64,000 nucleotides of DNA from Nitrospinota bacterium. Lineage in GTDB: Bacteria; Nitrospinota; Nitrospinia; Nitrospinales; VA-1. Both the position numbers and the translations under genes were made by a program. Positions 1 to 8,995 of the stretch are shown piece by piece. The notes under the pieces were generated by a model that was given only the letters and a program-made list of their open reading frames with translations, was not told the origin of the DNA and did not search any database. The DNA lies in NCBI GenBank assembly GCA_038108555.1, contig JAYNIA010000005.1, forward strand, positions 1 to 64,000, read 5' to 3'. Numbering within the stretch: position 1 is the first letter of the stretch; every line of letters begins with the position of its first letter.

Positions 1-334
1 GTCTCACCATAAAAGGACCCACCCGAAATCGACTTTAATTAAAATTTTTATTTGGGAAACAAAAAGCTTATACCGAAAAATTTTTTCTTCTAAAAAAAGT
101 TTACCGAAGTTTTAGCTTTTTACTTCTAAACTCTTCCCCTAAATGAGGGGGTTGTTAAATGTAAACCAGTAAATTTAATATTTTATTTGAGGTCTCTATT
201 ATTCAGGCTATCCTATGGATGATACCCTGAAATTATTTTTGAACGTCTCATAAAGGCAAATTCAAGGAAGCAAATAAAGCGGTACAGCAAACACAACGGC
301 AATCACATAAAGCCCTCTAAGAAAGATTTATTTA

Positions 335-2299
335 ATGGATATCTCGGCAATTTTCTCGACCAAGGATTTAATGCCTCATGGACAGTGTTTCTTGTGGAAG
401 CCTGATCTTCTGGGACTGCACGTATTATCAGACGCGATTACAGCGCTATCATATTATGTCATGCCTATAGGGTTCTATTACTATATGCAGAGAAAAGAGG
501 AAACGCATTTTAGGGAAATTTTTTATTTCTTCATTACTTTTTTTGTACTCTGTGGAACGAGTCACTTATTTGGAATTATAACGATTTGGAATCCTCAATA
601 TTGGATTGAAGGTTTCATCAAAGCAGGAACAGCAATAACCTCAATTATATCTGCAATACTCATATGGAAAATAATGCCGCAAGCCCTCGCCTTTCCCAGT
701 CCCAAGAAGTTGATTGGAATTAATGAGACGCTTAAAAAAGAAATAAATGAAAAGCAAAGTCTGGCTGATAAATTTAGAATTTTATCTGATCGAAATGAAT
801 TGATTTTAAAATCTGCCGGAGAAGGTATTTATGGGCTAGATATAAATGGAAACACTACTTTTGCAAACCCTGCAGCCGAGCAAATGCTGGGCTACAAATT
901 GAGTGAAATGTTAAATCATACTCAGCACGATTTAATTCATCATACTAAAAAAGAGGGAACTCCTTATGATCGTGAGGATTGCAAAATTTATGCTGCCCTA
1001 AAAGACGGAGTAATTCATCATGTTTCCGATGAGGTCTTTTGGCGAAAAGATGGTACCAGCTTTTCTGTTGAATATTTTTCTACTCCCCAAATAAAGAATG
1101 GGGAAATTAAGGGTGCCGTTGTAACCTTCCAAGATATTACTGAGCGAAAAGTTTCGGAAGAAAAATTAAGATTAAGCGAAGAGAGGTTCCGAACTATATT
1201 TCAGGAGGCTCCTCTCGGCGTTGCATTGATCGACTCCATTACAGGCCACATCTATGAAGTGAACAATCGGTTTGCTGAAATTGAAGGAAGAACAAGAGAG
1301 GAAATGGCGACAATTGACTGGATGAGCATAACTCACCCAGATGATGTTCAGGAAGATTTAGATAATATGGCAGATTTAAATGCCGGAAAAATATCTGGTT
1401 TTAATATGAGTAAGAGGTACATTAAACCTGAGGGTTCCTATGTATGGATCAATTTGACCGTCGCTCCTATTAAAATAAAAGATAAGGGCAATCCGCGTCA
1501 CCTGGCCATGATTGAAGATATAACTGACAAAGTAAAAACCGAATTAGAATTAAAGAAACATAAAAATCATCTTGAAGAATTGGTTGAAGAGAGAACAAAA
1601 GAACTTAAAGAATCACAGGACAAACTTCATCATTCTGACAAACTGGCGAGTCTGGGAAAACTAGTAGGGTCTGTCGCGCATGAGTTTAACAATCCGCTTT
1701 TTGGGGTTACAGGGATAGTTGACCAACTGGGAGGTGAACTTTCCAAAGAGCAGCGAGAGAAGCTATCATCGATAGGAAAAAAAGAATGCTGGCGGATGGC
1801 TGGGATGATCAAAAACCTCCAGAGCTTCTATAAACCTTCAGAAGGAGTTGAGTCTGCCATTCAAATGAGTAAGTTGGTTGAAGATGTTCTTTTGATTATA
1901 GGTAAAGATATCAACCGAAAGGGAATTAATATTCTCCGTAATTTTTCTGATGATGAGGTCCCTATTAAAGCGGTAGAGGACCAGATCAAACAGGTTGTGA
2001 TCAACCTTCTGCAAAACGCCGCTGATGCCATCTCTGGACCTGATGGCGAAATTTATTTGACCCTTCAGCCTGACAGCTCAAACATGACTCTTAAAGTTCA
2101 GGATAATGGTGAAGGTATTCCTGAAGAGAGTATTGGTAAATTATTTGATCCTTTTTTCACTACAAAGGGAATAAAGGGTACAGGCTTAGGGCTTTCTGTC
2201 AGTTACGGAATTGTCAAAAAACATGGTGGGGAAATTTCCGTAGAAAGCGAACCTGGCAAAGGCTCAACTTTTAATTTAACCTTACCCGCCCACAATTAA
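335..2299 (+). CDS. Membrane sensor histidine kinase: ETR1-like ethylene-binding domain, two PAS/PAC domains, HisKA and HATPase
   Basis: N-terminal 3-TM region SDAITALSYYVMP...FVLCGTSH...KAGTAITS; PAS motifs (EGIYGLD..G.TTFANPAAEQMLGY; THPDD); H-box AHEFNNPL; N/G boxes NLLQNA, DNGEGI, FDPFFTTK, GTGLGL. Confidence 0.92.
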   Translation: MDISAIFSTKDLMPHGQCFLWKPDLLGLHVLSDAITALSYYVMPIGFYYYMQRKEETHFREIFYFFITFFVLCGTSHLFGIITIWNPQYWIEGFIKAGTAITSIISAILIWKIMPQALAFPSPKKLIGINETLKKEINEKQSLADKFRILSDRNELILKSAGEGIYGLDINGNTTFANPAAEQMLGYKLSEMLNHTQHDLIHHTKKEGTPYDREDCKIYAALKDGVIHHVSDEVFWRKDGTSFSVEYFSTPQIKNGEIKGAVVTFQDITERKVSEEKLRLSEERFRTIFQEAPLGVALIDSITGHIYEVNNRFAEIEGRTREEMATIDWMSITHPDDVQEDLDNMADLNAGKISGFNMSKRYIKPEGSYVWINLTVAPIKIKDKGNPRHLAMIEDITDKVKTELELKKHKNHLEELVEERTKELKESQDKLHHSDKLASLGKLVGSVAHEFNNPLFGVTGIVDQLGGELSKEQREKLSSIGKKECWRMAGMIKNLQSFYKPSEGVESAIQMSKLVEDVLLIIGKDINRKGINILRNFSDDEVPIKAVEDQIKQVVINLLQNAADAISGPDGEIYLTLQPDSSNMTLKVQDNGEGIPEESIGKLFDPFFTTKGIKGTGLGLSVSYGIVKKHGGEISVESEPGKGSTFNLTLPAHN

Positions 2300-2304
2300 A
2301 TCAA

Positions 2305-2928
2305 ATGAAAAAATATTCCATATTGCTGGTTGATGATGAAGAATCAATTCTTCTAGTACTCAAAGGCTACTTAGAAAAAGAGGGCTATAAAACCACCATT
2401 GCTGAAAGTGGCAATAAAGCTGTTGAAATGATCGAGAAGGGTTATCATTTTGATCTAATTTTTACCGATTTGGTGATGGATGGGATAGATGGAATGGGTG
2501 TATTGAAAGAGGCAAAGAAAGCACATCCTGAAACAATAGTGATGATCCTCACAGGGTATGGTTCTTTGGATACAGCGGTGGAGGCAATGCGATTAGGGGC
2601 TTTTGATTATTTGCAAAAGCCTTGTGAAAAAAGTGAGTTGTTGATGAGAACCCAAAGAGGTATTGACCACCTGGTTCTGAATAGAAAAGTCAAAGCTTAT
2701 GAGAAGATTCTTCCGGTCTGCTGCGTCTGCAAAAAAATTAGGGATGATGATGGCAAAGAACCAGGAACCGGGACATGGAAAGACCCTGATGTTTATCTTG
2801 ATGAAAAAACAGAAATTGATACAAGCCACACCTATTGTGATGAGCACATGGAAGAGCTAAGGAAAGAAATTAAATTAGCCAAAGAAAAACATAAAAAAGA
2901 AAAAGAACATTCGGAGGCGGGCAAGTAA
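2305..2928 (+). CDS. Response regulator with C-terminal Cys/His motif
   Basis: Receiver domain (LLVDDE, FTDLVM, LTGYG, YLQKP), then LPVCCVCKKIRDD...SHTYC; starts 5 nt after the kinase stop. Confidence 0.9.
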   Translation: MKKYSILLVDDEESILLVLKGYLEKEGYKTTIAESGNKAVEMIEKGYHFDLIFTDLVMDGIDGMGVLKEAKKAHPETIVMILTGYGSLDTAVEAMRLGAFDYLQKPCEKSELLMRTQRGIDHLVLNRKVKAYEKILPVCCVCKKIRDDDGKEPGTGTWKDPDVYLDEKTEIDTSHTYCDEHMEELRKEIKLAKEKHKKEKEHSEAGK

Positions 2929-3152
2929 GATAAACAAAGTTGAATTTAAGAAAAAAAAATCACTTTCCTTTTCGAAAGAATTCAATGATAGTGAACTCTC
3001 AACAAACCTACCTTTGAGCCTTTAAAAATCTACGATCGATTTGGGCACGATCACGCCATCTGCTTTTGATTGAAGGAGCAGAATAAAGAAATCCGCCCGA
3101 AATCAAAAACTCCCTGAAAAAGTTAATTAAACACTTTTTATCCGCAGGTCGC

Positions 3153-3167
3153 AGGCGCGGATTTTGC
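3153..3167 (+). promoter_or_regulatory. Possible sigma54 (-24/-12) promoter upstream of the HD-GYP gene
   Basis: AGGCGCGGATTTTGC: GG-N10-GC spacing with TTGC, close to the TGGCACG-N4-TTGC consensus. Confidence 0.3.
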
Positions 3168-3362
3168 CAGGCGTGCTTTTTCTGCACAATCATTTCCTTT
3201 ACATTTTAATCCGATCATTTAGCAAAATACCTTGAGTTTTCGCTATTTATCGGTCTTTCGAACTGATGGAGTCCTTTGTGGTAAATGTAACTGTTTCTAT
3301 GGTAGGGTGAAATGCTATCCCACAAACAGGGGATATATTTTCGCTAATTCCACGGGAATTCA

Positions 3363-4309
3363 ATGAGCACCACTGCCGAACAGTTCCGCAAAATTGATAT
3401 CGAATCGCTCAGTGAAACGGACGACCAAAAGTTCAATTTGTATGTAAAATCCAACGAGGGATTCGTCAAATTCACCGGTACGGAAAAATCGCATCAGGAT
3501 AAAGTCAAACGTATGCTCAAAGCCGGTGAGTTAACTGAAGAACTCTATATCGATGTTAAGGAGCAGGAAGACTATTTCAAACAAATCACAGGAGGCCTCG
3601 CCTCGATCGCATCGGACGATGCCCTGACCCCGCCATCCGGGCCGAGAAAATTTACAATGTGTCCATGGCAATTATGAAGGAGTTTTTTGAAAACAGCTCC
3701 TCAACGAAAATATTAAGATCTGCCGACGAAATTATGGATGCCATGCAGACCTGCCTGGAGGTGACCAATCAGGGATTCGCCCTGCTGGCAAAAACCATGG
3801 TGAAAAACTATCCCGCTTACCTTCATTCGATCAACGTGGGTCTCTACTGCCTGAGTTATGCCGCCAAGAATAAAATGGGGAAAGAAGAAACACAGATTCT
3901 GGCCATTGGAGGTCTATTCCACGATTTGGGATTGACGGCCATCTCTGACGACATCCTCTACAAAAAAGAAAAACTGGATATGGACGAGGTCCAGTGGATG
4001 CGTTCACACACTCAGGAGGGAAGTGAGATCATTAAAGAATTGAAACTTTATAATGATGAAGTGGTTAAAATGGCGGAACAACATCATGAAAGTTTTGATG
4101 GCAAGGGTTATCCCTATGCGCTTGCCAAAGACCAGATTTCCTATTTCTCCCGGATCTACAAGGTGGCCGATGTTTACGAAAGCCTGACTTCGCCCGTGGT
4201 TTACCGCAAAGCCATGAAGCCTTTGGATGCCTTAACCATTATGACCCGCGATATGAAAAGTATGTTTGACCCCAAAGTTTTGCGAAATTTTATCACCCTC
4301 CTGGCCTGA
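3363..4309 (+). pseudogene. HD-GYP cyclic dinucleotide phosphodiesterase, frameshifted near 3628-3631
   Basis: ORFs 3363..3677 and 3659..4309 join if one C is added to CCCC at 3628-3631 (...LTPAIRAEKIYNVSMAIMK...); motifs HSINV, FHDLG, HHE..DGKGYP. Confidence 0.8.
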
Positions 4310-4550
4310 ACTTTCACCACCCCTGCAGGTCATTGATAACATTTGCATTGGATGGATTTGCCCCGGCATTTGCACGCTTATTCTGCCTCGAATCCCCCGA
4401 TTTTAAAATTGGTTTATTGATAATAACTTGGGATTTACACTGCCTTGTGCTAATATGTCCTATAATCCTAAGACAACTCGGGAAGTAATTTACTAAGTAT
4501 TTGGTACATCATTTGTGGTATGGGCAAAACAATCGAAAAATAAATAATTG

Positions 4551-4580
4551 AACCATCCTGATTTTCGGGTGGTTTTTTTT
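4551..4580 (+). terminator. Intrinsic terminator-like hairpin upstream of cspA
   Basis: AACCATCC...GGGTGGTT stem running into a T8 tract. Confidence 0.5.
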
Positions 4581-4687
4581 ATGCCCTAAAATGGTGATTT
4601 CCAGATAAGTCTTATTTTTTTAATTGGGGACTGTGTTTATTTAGCTGAATTCAAGTCGTCCCACAAATTTTTGGGAGTAAAAGTACA

Positions 4688-4888
4688 ATGGCTCAAGGTA
4701 AAGTAAAGTGGTTCAATGAAAGCAAAGGTTACGGTTTTATTGAATCCGATGACGGGGAAGATTGCTTCGTGCATTTTTCAGAAATCCAGGCAGAAGGCTT
4801 CAAAACCCTTCACGAAGGCCAGGCTGTGGAATTTGAAAAAACCATGGGCCAGAAAGGACCGCAAGCTTCAAAAGTAATACCTAAATAA
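4688..4888 (+). CDS. cspA: Cold-shock protein
   Basis: [15 protein letters not shown] and FVHFS RNP motifs; 66 aa; SD GGGAG. Confidence 0.96.
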   Translation: MAQGKVKWFNESKGYGFIESDDGEDCFVHFSEIQAEGFKTLHEGQAVEFEKTMGQKGPQASKVIPK

Positions 4889-4992
4889 ATACAATCGGAT
4901 GTCTTTCCCCGATAAGGCTTTATTTTATCGGCCATTTGACACGTTAGATTGAAATAACGACTTAGTAGAATTTTTGATAGAAAGGGAAGACA

Positions 4993-5151
4993 ATGCATGA
5001 AGTTAAAGTTTTCGATGCTTCGGGAAACCTTAAAAAGGTAATTTCCGTAAAAACTTTGAATAAAAGAACTGACAAGCAAATCAATTCACCTTCTTTCTAC
5101 AATAAGAAAGGTCGAAAGGTGAAACCGCTTGCTGATGAAGACATTAAATAA
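4993..5151 (+). CDS. Small basic hypothetical protein, 52 aa, not in the ORF track
   Basis: ATG at 4993 after AAGGGAAG; MHEVKVFDASGNLKKVISVKTLNKRTDKQINSPSFYNKKGRKVKPLADEDIK*; stop directly precedes a terminator. Confidence 0.7.
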   Translation: MHEVKVFDASGNLKKVISVKTLNKRTDKQINSPSFYNKKGRKVKPLADEDIK

Positions 5152-5152
5152 G

Positions 5153-5187
5153 AAAAGCCAGTGCTGAAAAGCACTGGCTTTTTTTTT
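5153..5187. terminator. Intrinsic terminator, probably bidirectional
   Basis: AAAAGCCAGTGCT-GAAA-AGCACTGGCTTTT perfect stem plus T run, between convergent genes. Confidence 0.9.
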
Positions 5188-5224
5188 ATTCCCTCAGATA
5201 AAACCGATTAATACCAATCCCACC

Positions 5225-6577
5225 CTACCCCTTGGGCTCATAATAATCCAAACCGGAATGGTCGATCACCTTCTCACCCATCAGAATTCTTAATGTGTTT
5301 CTCAGTTTGTCGTCCTGGTCAAACAGGGAATTGACAGGCTTGAGGTCGGGTCGGCATTGGGGTGATTTGAAATAAAAAGACAGCCACTCCTGAATTCCGC
5401 GCATTCCTGCACGGCTGGCCAGATCCAGGAATAACACCAGGTCCAACACCACCGGCGCGGCAAGAATCGAATCTCGGCAAAGGAAATTCACCTTCAATTG
5501 CATTTTCTGTCCCAGCCAGCCCTGGATATCGATATTGTCCCAGCCCTCTTTCGCGTCTCCACGGGGAGGATAATATTCGATGCGGATTTTATGGTAGTAA
5601 TCTCCATACAACTCCGGATAAAGATCGTCCTGGAAAATGCTATCCAGAACCGACCCTTTACTCACTTCTTTGGATCGGAATGAATCCGGATCATCAAGAA
5701 CTTCTCCATCGCGATTACCCAAAATATTGCTGGAGAACCAGCCTTCCATTCCCAGCATTCTCGCTTTTAATCCGGGAGCGATGATCGTTTTCATCAAGGT
5801 CTGGCCGGTTTTGAAATCCTTACCCGCTATTGCGACATTATGTTTTAAAGCCAGCTCCACCATAGCCGGGGTATCGACGGTAAGACTGGGAGACCCATTG
5901 GCAAAGGGGACCCCCATTTTGATTCCTGCATATGCATAGATCATGGACGGCGGGATAATGGCCAGGTTATCTTTGAGTGCCTTTTCAAAACCTTCTATCG
6001 TCTTAAAGGCTTCGTGGTCCATATCTTCCAGATAAACTTCTGTGGACCCGCACCAGCACATGACCAGTCGGTCCAGATTGTGCTGTTTTTTGAAATTTTC
6101 CATATCCTGCATCAACATTTCCGCCAGCTCCATTTTATTGGCGGCTTTTTTCACATTGGGTCCCGACAGGTTTTTTACAAAGGCAGGATCAAAAACAGCA
6201 GACCAGGGTTTGATTTCTTCCAACTGTGTTCGGATCGGCTCCAGTTCCTGTTTATCAATGACTCCACAAGCCAGGGCGGCCTGATAGCAATTGTCGTCAT
6301 AGATATCCCAGCCACCAAAAACAAGATCCTTCAAGGGAGTGAGAGGAACGAAATCCTTTATATAAGGGTATCGGGGATTGTCTCTTTTCCCCAGGCGAAT
6401 ACGAGACATTTGAGTGACCGAGCCAATGGGTTGGCTGAACCCTCCATTGACCAATTGCACCCCGGCTATGAGGGTAGAACTGACGGCACCCATTCCGGGA
6501 AGCAAAACACCCAGTTTCCCCTTTGGGGCTTCAATATCTCGAGCCATTCCATTATATGCATCTGTACTTTCATTCAT
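5225..6577 (-). CDS. ino1: myo-inositol-1-phosphate synthase
   Basis: GMGAVSST, FGGWDI, GSTE, NGSP, GKDFKTGQT, NILGNRDG, DSILAAP motifs. Confidence 0.95.
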   Translation of the reverse strand: MNESTDAYNGMARDIEAPKGKLGVLLPGMGAVSSTLIAGVQLVNGGFSQPIGSVTQMSRIRLGKRDNPRYPYIKDFVPLTPLKDLVFGGWDIYDDNCYQAALACGVIDKQELEPIRTQLEEIKPWSAVFDPAFVKNLSGPNVKKAANKMELAEMLMQDMENFKKQHNLDRLVMCWCGSTEVYLEDMDHEAFKTIEGFEKALKDNLAIIPPSMIYAYAGIKMGVPFANGSPSLTVDTPAMVELALKHNVAIAGKDFKTGQTLMKTIIAPGLKARMLGMEGWFSSNILGNRDGEVLDDPDSFRSKEVSKGSVLDSIFQDDLYPELYGDYYHKIRIEYYPPRGDAKEGWDNIDIQGWLGQKMQLKVNFLCRDSILAAPVVLDLVLFLDLASRAGMRGIQEWLSFYFKSPQCRPDLKPVNSLFDQDDKLRNTLRILMGEKVIDHSGLDYYEPKG

Positions 6578-6806
6578 AATTTGCTGCCTTTACCCTTGAA
6601 ATGTTTTTATTAAAAATTATATTTGTTAAAATGTTTATTTGAGATTGATTGTCAAAAAACAGGCTGGACATAAACAATATATATTACAACACACCAAATA
6701 TTAATAGTAAGTAAATAAATTTATAATAAAAATTACTTTCTTTTTTCCATTTTGAGCCATAGAGGTGTATTGTTTCACCTAATAGACAGTTTTTTTTCAA
6801 ATTTAT

Positions 6807-8030
6807 ATGACCTCAAGCACTGAAAAATCCCTTCCTGTCGCAACGGAAAGAAACTCCTGCGGAGTCCTTTTCCTCAAAAATCCGGGAAAATATGAAAACC
6901 CTGCAGAATGGTACTCTTCAAAAATTGCGGGGGTTCCTTTTATCCTCAGAAACCTCATAACGCTGCAAAGGGCTGATATAAAACCCCTTGCAGTTTTTAT
7001 GGAGGACCCTAATGGAGATTTTAAGCAATCCTTTGAAAAAACCCTACAAGATTCACGGTTACAACAAGCGGTTACCTGGATTGGGAAGATTTCCCAGCTA
7101 AAAGAATGGATTCAAAATAACTCCAACCCGGTTTTTATCTTTAATGGATCTATTCTCCACGACAAAAAACAATTGCACCAACTCATCCATTCAGAAACGC
7201 AAAACAGGAATGAATACATCGCCCCTATTGACCCGGAAAACCTTCAGGATTTACTTTTAGAGGGCCCTGTAAAATCGGCTGCAAGTTCATCTGAATTAAA
7301 AAATTTACCGGTTTATGTTTCGGGTCCCAAAGAAAGGGAAATTTTAACCCCCCAAGATTTTAAAAGTGTCCACGAAGCACAGGTTAAAGGCTCGGGACTG
7401 CATCATGACAGCCCCATCACTCGAATTCTTTCGCGGCCCGCATCCCGTGTGTTAACCCGCTTGTTTTTGAATACACCCATCAGTCCCAACCAGATCACTA
7501 TTATCAGTTTCTTTTTTGGATTGATGTCTGCCTTTCTCTTTTTTCAAGGGTTGTACGAATGCGGAGTCATTGCCTCCATGTTATTGGTTTTATCCACCTG
7601 GATAGATGGGGCTGATGGTGAAATCGCCCGTCTAAAGTTTATGGAATCTGACATTGGAAAAAAACTGGATATCTATTGCGACAACATCATCCATTTTCTG
7701 GTCTTCACTGCCATCGGGTGTGGTGCCTATTTTAAATCAGGTGAAAGCCTGTTTTTATTTCTGGGAGGATTAGCCGGTTTTGGAGGTTTACTATCCTTCT
7801 TCCTGCTCAGCCCCATCCTCCTTGAAAAAAGATCACCGGCTAAACAATTGTTCCATGTCAGCGAACCCGAGCTCGTGGAAAAATTCGCGAATCGGGATTT
7901 TATTCATTTCCTGTTATTGGTTTCTTTAATCGACCAGCTTGAAATATTTATAGCGGTTGCTGCTGTAGGGTCAAATATATTTGCCGGGTATCTGGTCTAT
8001 TCCAGGTTCAATAAACTGAAAACCGTTTGA
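6807..8030 (+). CDS. CDP-alcohol phosphotransferase (DIPPS-like) with degenerate N-terminal nucleotidyltransferase-like domain
   Basis: ISPNQIT; DGADGEIAR...GKKLDIYCD signature; several TM helices; N-terminal KIAGVPFILRNL. Confidence 0.85.
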   Translation: MTSSTEKSLPVATERNSCGVLFLKNPGKYENPAEWYSSKIAGVPFILRNLITLQRADIKPLAVFMEDPNGDFKQSFEKTLQDSRLQQAVTWIGKISQLKEWIQNNSNPVFIFNGSILHDKKQLHQLIHSETQNRNEYIAPIDPENLQDLLLEGPVKSAASSSELKNLPVYVSGPKEREILTPQDFKSVHEAQVKGSGLHHDSPITRILSRPASRVLTRLFLNTPISPNQITIISFFFGLMSAFLFFQGLYECGVIASMLLVLSTWIDGADGEIARLKFMESDIGKKLDIYCDNIIHFLVFTAIGCGAYFKSGESLFLFLGGLAGFGGLLSFFLLSPILLEKRSPAKQLFHVSEPELVEKFANRDFIHFLLLVSLIDQLEIFIAVAAVGSNIFAGYLVYSRFNKLKTV

Positions 8031-8052
8031 GAATTTTTATAGGTTGGATTTT

Positions 8053-8784
8053 TCAGGCGCAGTTTTCAACCAAGCTGGACAGGTACTCCTCAGCCTGCTT
8101 GAAGTTGTTCGGGTCGTCAATGTCACACCAGAAGAGGCCGTTTATGGAAACCGCCCTGGCCTTTCCTTCCTTTGCCAAATAACGGACCCCTCCTGAAAGT
8201 GAGTCATCCCCATCTTTTGCTGAATGTTCAATGGCAGTAAACAGCTCCGGGTTACAAAGGAAAATCCCGGTATCAAAACAATTGTAAGACTCCATGCCTT
8301 TACCAATTTGCTTGATTTGATTTTTTTCCGCCAAAACCCGGGTTACATCATCCATATCTACAAAGGAGTTTTTAAGGTCTTCATCTACAGCCAGTGAAAT
8401 CCCTTTATTTTGGGCAGATTGACGAATCAAAAGACGGGCAATCTCAGGGTCAAAAATATGATCTGCCATCATCAGCAGAAAAGGCTCATTTAAATAAGGT
8501 TTGGCTTTTAATACCGAAATGCCATTTGCCAAAGCCCAATCTTTATTTTCAATGGTCGTAATAGGAATCCCTTTTGTCCGACTCACTTTCTCCAAATGAG
8601 CACGGACACTATCCCCCTTATATCCCACAACCACATAAATATCATCCGCACCCGCTTCCGTAGCCGAATCAATTACTCTCTCAATAAGCGGAGTATTTTT
8701 TAAAGGGATCAATGGTTTCGCTTCAGCAAGGGATCGCAATCGACTGCCTTGCCCAGCTGCAATGATTAGACATTTCATAATCAT
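8053..8784 (-). CDS. NTP transferase, likely CTP:inositol-1-phosphate cytidylyltransferase (IPCT)
   Basis: IIAAGQGSRL..KPL, LLMMADH, VDMDDVTRV, DTGIF, WCDIDD; clustered with ino1. Confidence 0.8.
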   Translation of the reverse strand: MIMKCLIIAAGQGSRLRSLAEAKPLIPLKNTPLIERVIDSATEAGADDIYVVVGYKGDSVRAHLEKVSRTKGIPITTIENKDWALANGISVLKAKPYLNEPFLLMMADHIFDPEIARLLIRQSAQNKGISLAVDEDLKNSFVDMDDVTRVLAEKNQIKQIGKGMESYNCFDTGIFLCNPELFTAIEHSAKDGDDSLSGGVRYLAKEGKARAVSINGLFWCDIDDPNNFKQAEEYLSSLVENCA

Positions 8785-8995
8785 CAGGGATAAAAAGGTT
8801 GGTAAAATCAGGACATATTGTTACATATAGAGAGAACCTCTTCAACTCTTTGTTTTATTGAAATTAGCCCGTATCTTTTCATCGCTCATTTTCTTCGCAG
8901 CCATTTTGGTGGACCCAGAAAATTTTGCCAACCCAGGCGAATTAGGGTATTTAATTCTGCTATTTACCATTCAGTCCTGGTTATTTGAAGTGTTG

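Noticed and set aside
1..334. Gene starting at position 10 on the minus strand, or small ORFs in the AT-rich leader
   Set aside because: Only three codons are visible before the window edge; other frames stop early.
335..2928. Kinase/regulator pair as a mobile island
   Set aside because: It looks AT-richer by eye, but no integrase, tRNA, transposase or flanking repeats are visible and composition was not computed.
2929..3362. c-di-GMP riboswitch or the 61-aa minus ORF (3008..3193) upstream of the HD-GYP gene
   Set aside because: No GEMM consensus recognised; the ORF has no recognisable motif.
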